IMG/VR virus record: IMGVR_UViG_3300045988_006413
Reading direction: 5' to 3' (one strand)
Origin: a virus
DNA length: 40,798 nt
In this document: positions 14,914 through 22,354 of the stretch, one piece after another
Position numbering within the stretch: position 1 is the stretch's first letter
How the letters are laid out: each line of letters opens with the position of its first letter
The notes under the pieces: model-generated
What the model saw: only the letters and a program-made list of their open reading frames with translations
Told to the model about the DNA's origin: nothing
The model's database searches: none
Made by a program: the position numbers and the translations under genes

Positions 14914-15675
14914 TTAGGCGCAGGCACCGCAGACATACTGCGAACCATTACACCCGGCGAACTGATACGGTGCGGGAACCGCAAACGACGGAACCGGACG
15001 CGGGTTGTAATAGGCGAACTGGCCGCTCATGTATGCCTTGAGTGCTTCACTCTGCGCAGACTGAGACGCCGCCAGCCGCAACCCCTGATTCTCGTTTTCG
15101 AGATCGCGCATCTTGCTCTGCGTCAGGAAGTCAAGAATGGCTCGGCTGTTGCTGTTCTGGTTGTCGATGATGTCCCGCGTGGCGTTCTGGACGGTGTTGC
15201 GCGTGTCGCACGCCTGCGAAGCCATGTCGTACCGCACCTGTGCGATTGCTTCCCGGTTCTCGCAGCAGCAGTTCTGAGACTGCATCTGCATCTGGAAAAG
15301 CTGCTGCATCAGCGCGGCTTGCTGGTTCGCGCGGGATAGCTCCGCCGTCTGGAATCCGCTGTTGACCGCCTGCGTGACGCCCGCAAATCCGTTCAGGACG
15401 CTGGTGTTCATCCCATAGAAGCCGTCGCACAGGCCGTTGTTGACGCCGTCAAGCTTGCGCTCAATATTGGCGAAATCGGATGCAAGGATGTATCCATCCG
15501 TCGCACCGCCGCCATTGTTGTTGCCCCAGCCATTGCCGCCCCAGCCGCAGAAGATCGCGAGGAACAGGATGATAAACCACCATCCGCCATCGCCGCCGAA
15601 GCCGCCCCAGCCGTTGCCGCCCATGCCAGTAGGTGCTACCGGCATAGTCATAGTCGTACCATCGGTAAGGCTCAT
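14914..15675 (-). CDS. Cargo gene E: Gly/Trp-rich single-pass membrane protein with Q-rich coiled coil and Cys motifs, 253 aa
   Basis: GGNGWGGFGGDGGWWFIILFLAIFCGWGGNGWGNNNGGG, then a Q-rich helix, NCCCENRE and C-terminal CNGSQYVCGACA. SD AAGGAG. Confidence 0.65.
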   Translation of the reverse strand: MSLTDGTTMTMPVAPTGMGGNGWGGFGGDGGWWFIILFLAIFCGWGGNGWGNNNGGGATDGYILASDFANIERKLDGVNNGLCDGFYGMNTSVLNGFAGVTQAVNSGFQTAELSRANQQAALMQQLFQMQMQSQNCCCENREAIAQVRYDMASQACDTRNTVQNATRDIIDNQNSNSRAILDFLTQSKMRDLENENQGLRLAASQSAQSEALKAYMSGQFAYYNPRPVPSFAVPAPYQFAGCNGSQYVCGACA

Positions 15676-15691
15676 TTTGTCGTACTCCTTG

Positions 15692-15727
15692 AAGAAAATA
15701 TATTATCAACCGTGGCCACGGATTGAT
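15692..15727 (-). terminator. Hairpin/attenuator between cargo genes D and E
   Basis: Minus strand reads ATCAATCCGTGGCCACGGTTGAT then AATATATTTTCTTC, immediately after the stop of D. Confidence 0.45.
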
Positions 15728-15954
15728 TATTGCAAAAGACCCTGAAACTGCCGCGCAACGGCCTGAAGCTGGTTTAACTGCTGCTGCGTGAGCTTGCCGG
15801 ATTGCATCATTTTTTCAACCTCGGCTTTCGGGTCACCATGAAAGTTTTGCTTGAATTGCTGGAATTGCTGCATCATTCTCTGAAACTGCCCCATCTGGCC
15901 GGGCATTTGCGGCGCTCTGCCGCCGCCAAGCGCGTTAAACAGTGGGTTCGGCAT
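15727..15954 (-). CDS. Cargo gene D: glutamine-rich small protein, 75 aa
   Basis: 18 of 75 residues are Q by my count (..QFQRMMQQFQQFKQNF..TQQQLNQLQ..). SD GGAGGAA. Confidence 0.6.
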   Translation of the reverse strand: MPNPLFNALGGGRAPQMPGQMGQFQRMMQQFQQFKQNFHGDPKAEVEKMMQSGKLTQQQLNQLQAVARQFQGLLQ

Positions 15955-16393
15955 TGTGGTGTTCCTCCTTCTTGTTCTCCGCGCCAGCAGCCGCCAGCGC
16001 GTTCACACGCGCTTCCATCGCTTCAAACTCTCTTCGGGTGACAAATTCCCCGCTGGCCGGTATGATCGGCTGTGCTGGTGTCCTCGCGCCCGTGCGCTCC
16101 GTGTAATCCAGAACCCTCATGGACGGAACGCCGGACGCGTCCACGCTCTTGATATAAATGCACGGGTTCTCGCTATCCCACAGTGGAACCGTGTTCCCAG
16201 CCGCAACGAGGTAGCTCTTTGCGCCCGCTTCACCCTGTACCCAAATCATGCTCTGGGCAGGCTGCGGCATTTGCGCCATAGGCTGGGGCGGCTGCTGCGG
16301 TTGATACTGTTGGCGAAGCTGCATGAGCTGGTCTTGCATCGGCGGCTGATAAAATGGTTGGTAGCTCATCGGCGGTTGGTACTGTCCATACAT
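15935..16393 (-). CDS. Cargo gene C: protein with Q/P-rich N-terminal region and a globular C-terminal part, 152 aa
   Basis: MYGQYQPPMSYQPFYQPPMQDQLMQLRQQYQPQQPPQPMAQMPQPAQ, then IWVQGEAGAKSYLVAAGNTVPLWD... Confidence 0.6.
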   Translation of the reverse strand: MYGQYQPPMSYQPFYQPPMQDQLMQLRQQYQPQQPPQPMAQMPQPAQSMIWVQGEAGAKSYLVAAGNTVPLWDSENPCIYIKSVDASGVPSMRVLDYTERTGARTPAQPIIPASGEFVTRREFEAMEARVNALAAAGAENKKEEHHNAEPTV

Positions 16394-16776
16394 TCAGATT
16401 CGTTCCTTTCCCAAAAATAAAGCGGTGTTTGGCTTCCGGAGTTCCATGTGTCAAACCAATCTCCATCCCTGACGCAGACCACATGGGTTGCAAGCGCAAG
16501 AATGTATGTACCGATCGGATGGTCACGCGCGAACTCCGCAACTGTGTATGTGTCCGGGTTGGAGCTTGGTACGCCATGCCGGGCATAGCCAAGCTGGTTC
16601 AGGTACGCTCCCCAGACAGCGTTTGCGGAGGGCATATCGCCAACCTCAAACCCATGAAGCGCAAGCGCAACATATACCTCATCCCACGATTTCCCGGTCG
16701 CCTTGCAGATCGCCCGAACAGGGCAATCCCCAACCTGACGCCGCGCGGGGTTTGGATTGTAAAAAGAAAAACCCAT
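16366..16776 (-). CDS. Cargo gene B: Cys-His-Asp (papain/transglutaminase-like) candidate enzyme, 136 aa
   Basis: GDCPVRAICKATG ... ALATHVVCVRDGDWFDTWNS. ATG at 16776 is preferred over the track GTG at 16785 because of SD spacing. Confidence 0.55.
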   Translation of the reverse strand: MGFSFYNPNPARRQVGDCPVRAICKATGKSWDEVYVALALHGFEVGDMPSANAVWGAYLNQLGYARHGVPSSNPDTYTVAEFARDHPIGTYILALATHVVCVRDGDWFDTWNSGSQTPLYFWERNESECMDSTNRR

Positions 16777-16812
16777 ACCGGACACCTCTCAACGTGTCCA
16801 GTATGGGTTATT

Positions 16813-16864
16813 TTTCGGGTTTATGTGCCGCGATTGTGCATCATTTTCGCCCGTTTCGGGTTTA
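16813..16864. repeat. 11-bp direct repeat tttcgggttta (16813..16823 and 16854..16864) upstream of cargo gene B
   Basis: Identical 11-mers 41 bp apart in the 76-nt A-B intergenic region. The hairpin ggacac/gtgtcc (16780..16799) overlaps the SD of B. Confidence 0.7.
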
Positions 16865-17110
16865 ACTATATAGTCGGCTAGATGTCTTTCTCATTCGGTC
16901 GAGAATTCCGGGGAGCCGCCGCTGCACGGTAGCTCGCCCAAGATACAACTCAGATGCAACGTCAATCTGAGGGCGCTTATCGATATAATAGAGCTGTGCA
17001 ATGCGCTCATTTTCCTGCCCGAGGTTTGCTTGGGAAATAACGGTCTCCATTTCTCCACGCATCAGGCCGGATAATTCAGGCGGTAGATTATACCGCGCCT
17101 GCGGCGACAT
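16862..17110 (-). CDS. Cargo gene A: sigma-70 region-4 / YlxM-like HTH protein, about 82 aa
   Basis: ENERIAQLYYIDKRPQIDVASELYLGRATVQRRLPGILDRM. ATG at 17110 (TTG at 17113) lies 4 nt after the endolysin stop, with SD AAGGGGTGA. Confidence 0.6.
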   Translation of the reverse strand: MSPQARYNLPPELSGLMRGEMETVISQANLGQENERIAQLYYIDKRPQIDVASELYLGRATVQRRLPGILDRMRKTSSRLYS

Positions 17111-17114
17111 CAAA

Positions 17115-17789
17115 TCACCCCTTCTTGGTCATCAACACCGGAACGTTCCCCTGATTGGAAACGGAAAGACCGAGCGCCCCGGCCACGTCGCGGATTTTCA
17201 CATAGTTGGTTCCGTTTTTTAGGATACGTTCAACCTCGACGGGTTTTCCGTCAACAATCATCTTGCACTTGCTTACCATTTCAATCCTCTCCTTTACCAT
17301 TTCCCGGAATTTCTTAATACCCTCCGGATCGTCCACCCAGTATTTCGGGCAGAGCTTCCCGGTCACGTCGTAGTGCCGGATGATATGATCGACCGGGATG
17401 TTATACTTCTCGCAGAGCCTTGCGGCGAGGTCTGCAGCATTGGCGATAGTCTTTGCCGTTGCCATGACATTCCCGTCGCGCTTCGCGTCGCACATCTCGA
17501 TCCCGATGGAATTGTAGTTCCGGCAGAATGGGTGTGTATAGTGATACGCGCCACAGTGGAAGGCTACATAGTCCTCCGGCACGGAGATCGTGATGGAATC
17601 ATCATCCACAAAAAAGTGGGCGCTTGCCACAGGATTGAGCGGCTTCTGGAAGTACTTGCCGTTGCTGGTGTCGGAATCCCCGTCGTTGGCCGTGTAGTGC
17701 ATGACAATCCACTCAACGTCCCCGCCGCGTTTCGTGCCGTAGTTGGCCCGATGGGCCAGCATCTTTTTAGTCGGTACCATCACTATCAC
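17115..17789 (-). CDS. Endolysin: N-acetylmuramoyl-L-alanine amidase (Amidase_2/PGRP) with C-terminal wall-binding-like domain
   Basis: WIVMHYTANDGD...HFFVDD...IGIEMC...HIIRHYDVTGKLCPK. C-terminal MIVDGKPVEVERILKNGTNYVKIRDVAGALG resembles a copper-amine-oxidase-N-like domain. Confidence 0.85.
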   Translation of the reverse strand: MIVMVPTKKMLAHRANYGTKRGGDVEWIVMHYTANDGDSDTSNGKYFQKPLNPVASAHFFVDDDSITISVPEDYVAFHCGAYHYTHPFCRNYNSIGIEMCDAKRDGNVMATAKTIANAADLAARLCEKYNIPVDHIIRHYDVTGKLCPKYWVDDPEGIKKFREMVKERIEMVSKCKMIVDGKPVEVERILKNGTNYVKIRDVAGALGLSVSNQGNVPVLMTKKG

Positions 17790-17988
17790 CCTTCGCGTCC
17801 ATCGCGTCCTGCGCCTTCTGGCTCTGCGTCCCGAAATAGAACGTGATGACCATCAGGAAGATCGTCAGGAAATCCTTGCCCGTGATGTCGCCCCGGAGCG
17901 CCAGCACCGTGAACACCACCGTCAGCAGCAGCGTCACCAGCGACTTCACGCTCAGCAGATTCGACAGCCTTTTCATAATTTTGTCCAT
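17767..17988 (-). CDS. Holin, 73 aa, two TM segments
   Basis: Start at MDKIMKRLS with SD GAAGGGAG. Sequence LVTLLLTVVFTVLAL...FLTIFLMVITFYFG with a charged C-terminus. Immediately upstream of the endolysin. Confidence 0.7.
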   Translation of the reverse strand: MDKIMKRLSNLLSVKSLVTLLLTVVFTVLALRGDITGKDFLTIFLMVITFYFGTQSQKAQDAMDAKGDSDGTD

Positions 17989-18005
17989 GTTATGTACTCC
18001 CTTCA

Positions 18006-18191
18006 TTATACTTTTTTCGTCGCTTTGTTCCAAATTTTCATAGCACCGCGTTTTGTGTATTTTGCCTCATGGTTTTTCGCGGCAATGTAGCCACAATGTG
18101 CGCATTGGTACACCAAGAGATCTTTATTGTCTCCGACATATTTCAGTTCTGGAAAATGCCCGCATAATGGGCACGCGTTCAGTTCGTTCAT
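18006..18191 (-). CDS. Lar-family-like zinc-ribbon protein, 61 aa
   Basis: LNACPLCGH...CAHCG...AMKIWNKA matches the Lar restriction-alleviation family layout (CPxCG ... CxxCG ... A..WN). Confidence 0.5.
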   Translation of the reverse strand: MNELNACPLCGHFPELKYVGDNKDLLVYQCAHCGYIAAKNHEAKYTKRGAMKIWNKATKKV

Positions 18192-18207
18192 ATCGTTTTT
18201 ACTCCTT

Positions 18208-18465
18208 TCAGTCTTTCAGCACGATTTCCAAAAAACGTGCCTTTTCCTCTGCCGTATATGTTTCCGGCAAACTCTCGATGTACTTGATTGCGTATTTACT
18301 TCTGTTCTCATTCTTTGCCTTCCAGAGGTAAAACATCCCAATCGCCGTTGCAAATCCGATGACTGCCAACGTGACCTCCACACTCAGCACACCGAGCACA
18401 TTCAGGATAATGCAAACGACGCTTGCCGCCGCGCTGCCAATCAGCAGCTTCTTCGACGTCTCCAT
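18208..18465 (-). CDS. Two-TM membrane protein, 85 aa (second holin or lysis accessory)
   Basis: Start at METSKKLL (TGATG overlap with the XhlA stop). Sequence LIGSAAASVVCIILNVLGVL...LAVIGFATAIGMFYLW. Confidence 0.55.
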   Translation of the reverse strand: METSKKLLIGSAAASVVCIILNVLGVLSVEVTLAVIGFATAIGMFYLWKAKNENRSKYAIKYIESLPETYTAEEKARFLEIVLKD

Positions 18466-18761
18466 CACACGATCCCCGCATGAGCCAGCGCGAAGCCGAC
18501 CAGCGCCCCAACAATGGCCGTCACGACCGCCTTGACCAGCGTCTCCCATTTCCCGCCCGGAATGGCCTTGAGGCTCTTCACGTCATCCTTGATCTCGCTG
18601 ACATTGGCCTCGATCGTCTCCTGCTTCGTCGCCAGCACCTCTACCGAGGTCGCCAGCTGATGCAGCGCCCGGTTGTCCTCCTCTAAATCATTGATGCGGT
18701 GCGTGTTGCTCTTGGATCGCTGGTCGATCTCCACGATCTTTGCCTGAATTCCATCATCCAT
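18465..18761 (-). CDS. xhlA: XhlA-family (hemolysin XhlA-like) lysis-associated protein
   Basis: N-terminal coiled coil (IDQRSKSNTHRINDLEEDNRALHQL) plus a C-terminal TM (AVVTAIVGALVGFALA). Confidence 0.6.
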   Translation of the reverse strand: MDDGIQAKIVEIDQRSKSNTHRINDLEEDNRALHQLATSVEVLATKQETIEANVSEIKDDVKSLKAIPGGKWETLVKAVVTAIVGALVGFALAHAGIV

Positions 18762-18772
18762 ATTCTTTCTCC

Positions 18773-19021
18773 TTATTTCGGTTTTCCCACAACGTACTCG
18801 ACAATGTAAGTTCCGGATACACGGCAGATTTTAACTCGATCTCCCGCACTGAATGTAACGGAAGTGTTGCATTTATAGTGCTTTGCGGTTGCCTCTGTCT
18901 GCCCGTCAAAGATCAGAGACAGTCCATCGGTATACTTTGCGCCAACGGTCGCAAGCATAAATTCAGGTTGTGGCTTCTGCGCCGTTTCGTCTGTATCAAA
19001 AAAACTCGTTACTCCGATCAT
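18773..19021 (-). CDS. Small tail/baseplate-associated protein, 82 aa
   Basis: Start at MIGVTSFF (ATGA overlap with the Tal stop). Last gene of the tail module. Confidence 0.5.
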   Translation of the reverse strand: MIGVTSFFDTDETAQKPQPEFMLATVGAKYTDGLSLIFDGQTEATAKHYKCNTSVTFSAGDRVKICRVSGTYIVEYVVGKPK

Positions 19022-20079
19022 GCAATCACCGCCCTCTTTGCCGTATGCTTCATCATGCTGCCTTCTTTCAGCTCGATGTACCATCCGGTTTCTTCATAGA
19101 TTCCGCCGAAGGTCGGATGATCGATTGCAATAACATCCCCGATACCGTGACCCGGCTCCGCCAACGACTGAAACGTGATCGTCTTCGTGCCGAGCATGGA
19201 TTGATTGCGGATGTTTTCGACATACGCCTGCAACGCAGATTGACTGGCGATATTATCAACCTTTACAACCTTTGTGATCTTCTGGCCACGCTTGAACGTG
19301 GAAATAGGACTCGATGGATTATCATTCTCTGCTCTGGCGACCATAGGCGCGTCTAAATCCGGGTTTGAGCAAATTGCAACAAACACATTCGGTGCATCAA
19401 AAAAGTCGTTCTCTTGGCTCGCTGACAGACCGACAGGAGCGCGAAAACGAATATCTGTCGTGCTGTACTGGTGATCAATATTCGACGCGCTCGGCGTCTC
19501 ATGCGGCGTCAGACGCGCCACACCGTTTGCATCAAACCAAAGGGGATCATAATTGATCTCATCAAGCAGAGCGTTACAGATTGTAAGATAGTCGGTTCCA
19601 ATTTGCCAGTCTTCCCGGTCGGTTTGTAGCGTCGCTTCAGATGGTGTCGCAATCACAAGAGAAATCCCAGCCTCCGTCAGCATTTGCCGGACGATAGTTA
19701 TGTACGACGAGCCAGCGGAAAAATGCTTGATGCTTTCCGTTTTGATCGTGGACAATTTCCAGCTCCGATCGTATGCTTCAATCGCCACCCAGCGCCCGTC
19801 TTCCTCGGTCGTTTCCTTGTACGTCGTGATGCGGAAAATTCCCAATGAGTTTTCCACGCCATTGATGGAAATTGTGGGTTGCAGCTCATCAGATAGATAG
19901 TTGATATTTGGATCGTAAAGAAATGTCCCCGCAAAACTCGATTTAATTTTTGCGTTTTTATCCGTATATACATTTGGAGCAGAATCGCGTTTCCAGCGGA
20001 GGGACGCATAATGCGCCCCATTCCGCAGAACATTCACGGCATAGCGAACATCACGAATCAATGTCAATCTCCTCCTCAT
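19018..20079 (-). CDS. Tail-associated (Tal / baseplate-hub-like) protein, short form (start 20079 or TTG at 20061)
   Basis: Follows Dit in canonical order; 353 aa. No enzymatic or receptor-binding extension recognisable. Confidence 0.55.
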   Translation of the reverse strand: MRRRLTLIRDVRYAVNVLRNGAHYASLRWKRDSAPNVYTDKNAKIKSSFAGTFLYDPNINYLSDELQPTISINGVENSLGIFRITTYKETTEEDGRWVAIEAYDRSWKLSTIKTESIKHFSAGSSYITIVRQMLTEAGISLVIATPSEATLQTDREDWQIGTDYLTICNALLDEINYDPLWFDANGVARLTPHETPSASNIDHQYSTTDIRFRAPVGLSASQENDFFDAPNVFVAICSNPDLDAPMVARAENDNPSSPISTFKRGQKITKVVKVDNIASQSALQAYVENIRNQSMLGTKTITFQSLAEPGHGIGDVIAIDHPTFGGIYEETGWYIELKEGSMMKHTAKRAVIA

Positions 20080-22354
20080 GGTCGATTTGCACGATCATAA
20101 ACGAATACGATTGCTTGTACTGGTTTACAGTCCCGGACACTTCGTTCAGATACCCAATGCAGCCGCCCAGCGCCACTGTTTTCAAGCAGACCAAATTGCC
20201 AACCATTCTCTCAAACTTCTCCGATTCGTTCTGGTCAAAGAAAACAACGTTCCCGTCGTAAGTGGTGGTTTTAGCAATTCCGCGTTCTACGATCGGATAA
20301 ACTGCCCCGGAAAGTTGGATTTCCGAAATAGCACGGCTCAGATTTCGTGCAAACGGCTGGCTGAGAAGGCCGCTATGCTTCAACGTAAGCCATTCCCCGG
20401 TTTCGAGGTCATACAAAACGTTGTACTTCGGATGGACTGTGTATTCTTCTTCATTGGACAGTCCGTAATTGTCGTTTTCAGCGAATCCACCTCTAATACG
20501 GTAACGCACAGTCCCTTTTGCGAGACTATCTACAAACAGAAGTTCTTCTGTTTTTGCGATTGCCACGCCGTCCCGCTCCACAATATAGAAATCGTATTTC
20601 CCGCTTGTGCTCCAAACAAGCGACACTTCGTTGTCGACGTTGGCGCGAAGCTGAATATTCTCGCCCGGAACATTCGTGACCGGCAATGCAGCTCTTCCCC
20701 AATCAGACCACAATCCATATTCGCTTTGAACTCGCACCCTGACAACGTGCATCCCATCAGAAAGGTACTTAGGCGACCTCCACTGCTTTGTGCTTCCGTA
20801 TTGCGTGCCACCAATCAACTCACCGTCAAGCTCGATTTGATACGCCTGCTGCTCGGTTGTTTGCCATGAGATAGACGGTCTTGGCGACAATCTCGTTGCA
20901 GTAACGCCGGGGGTCTCAGGCGCGACCACTGCAATGAACTCCGCGGAATCACTCCATGCGCCCGGTTTTCCGTCCGAGTTATACGTCCTAACTCTCCAGA
21001 AATTTGTCTTGGCGGTGAATGTACCATTCGGCACATCAAAAAATGTATCGCTACCAGTTACCGTGCCGAGAGCACCCCACGTTGCATGATCGGTAGACCG
21101 CTGCAATTCTGCCTTTGTTTGCGCTGTGCCAGTTGAGATAATGTGCGCCCACACGAACCGATTGACAACTGTACTGTCGACAATTACGCCTTTCGGACTA
21201 AGCGGAACGGCTGTTGAAAGTTCTTCAACAGTCGAAACCGTGACCCAATCTGAATCCGCCGTTTCCCCAGTTGTTGTGATCGCCGTAACTTTCCAATCGA
21301 TAGAATCGGCGGTGAATGTATTGGCCGGAATCGTTACATTTTGTTCGCCACCTGAGATCGCAATAGATTTTGTCGCCGTAGTTCCGGTAACTCGCCAGTA
21401 AACCGTTGCACGCGCCTGCTCCATTGTGATAGGGGTTTTTCCAGATCCATTAAACTGATTGATGCCCCATGTAAATACCGCTGACAGGCGTTTGGGGGTG
21501 TATGCGCCAGCACCCGGAGAAAGATTCGTTGCTTTGGGCGGCTGGACGATGGATTCATACCACGGAGAATAACCAGTGCTTCCGGCGTCCGTTTCAACCA
21601 CATAGCGCCATTCAATGGTTCCGATAGGAAAAGTATTGGCTGGGATTTTGGTTTTCCGGTTCAACGGATAGGAGCCTGTGGAGACGACAGTGTTGTATGA
21701 AGAATTTCCTTTTACGCGCCACTGGAACAGCGTTCGCTTCGCCTGCATGGTTGTAAGCGTGTCAGGCATTGACTGTGTCCATTCAAACTCTTGATCTGCC
21801 GCTGACGCAAAATAAGGTTTTGAGACACCGCCCACCGTCGGCGCGGCCGTTTCAGGTTCGTACTCTATTTCAAGATACGCTTTTGTCGCATATCTTGACG
21901 TTGCAACAACGAGATAACCAGCACCGCCATGCACAATAATGCCAGCAGTAATTATCTCTTTAAGCCACGGGAAATAATCTCGCGTCGACCCAAACACATA
22001 CTTCGGAACTTCCGTTTCCTGAACGTATGTGCTCGATGGCGTAAAGACGCTTCGCGTTGCAGGACGTTTGTTCCATGTGACAACATTTTCATCAAACGGA
22101 TTCTGCAAACCGCTAATATTCACGGTGTCATAGTGCGTGCCCCCCGTTCCATACGGGTCTCTAAATCCAGCAACATACACATAGGCCGTTACCACATTGA
22201 TTTTTTTATACTGAATATCCGTAGGAAACGGGAATTGCAGGAGCAGTTGCGTTTTATAGTTTATTTGAACCGTTTGGTCTGAATGGAGATTTTCATTCGG
22301 CCGGTCTTGGTCGAGCACCGCAGAGCCACTTGCATAAATGATCTTTTTCGCCAT
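20051..22354 (-). CDS. Enlarged distal tail protein (Sipho_tail-like C-terminus) with N-terminal DNRLRE-like module and FN3-like repeats, 767 aa
   Basis: Directly after the tape measure. Recurring ..IPANTF..I.W.V.. repeat units. C-terminal YDLETGEWLTLKHS...FMIVQID resembles Dit. Confidence 0.6.
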   Translation of the reverse strand: MAKKIIYASGSAVLDQDRPNENLHSDQTVQINYKTQLLLQFPFPTDIQYKKINVVTAYVYVAGFRDPYGTGGTHYDTVNISGLQNPFDENVVTWNKRPATRSVFTPSSTYVQETEVPKYVFGSTRDYFPWLKEIITAGIIVHGGAGYLVVATSRYATKAYLEIEYEPETAAPTVGGVSKPYFASAADQEFEWTQSMPDTLTTMQAKRTLFQWRVKGNSSYNTVVSTGSYPLNRKTKIPANTFPIGTIEWRYVVETDAGSTGYSPWYESIVQPPKATNLSPGAGAYTPKRLSAVFTWGINQFNGSGKTPITMEQARATVYWRVTGTTATKSIAISGGEQNVTIPANTFTADSIDWKVTAITTTGETADSDWVTVSTVEELSTAVPLSPKGVIVDSTVVNRFVWAHIISTGTAQTKAELQRSTDHATWGALGTVTGSDTFFDVPNGTFTAKTNFWRVRTYNSDGKPGAWSDSAEFIAVVAPETPGVTATRLSPRPSISWQTTEQQAYQIELDGELIGGTQYGSTKQWRSPKYLSDGMHVVRVRVQSEYGLWSDWGRAALPVTNVPGENIQLRANVDNEVSLVWSTSGKYDFYIVERDGVAIAKTEELLFVDSLAKGTVRYRIRGGFAENDNYGLSNEEEYTVHPKYNVLYDLETGEWLTLKHSGLLSQPFARNLSRAISEIQLSGAVYPIVERGIAKTTTYDGNVVFFDQNESEKFERMVGNLVCLKTVALGGCIGYLNEVSGTVNQYKQSYSFMIVQIDHEEEIDIDS

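Noticed and set aside
14217-15041. 274-aa plus-strand ORF across cargo genes E, F and G
   Set aside because: The sequence is Arg-rich and low-complexity and spans three minus-strand genes plus their intergenic hairpins. The minus-strand ORFs have SDs and coherent composition.
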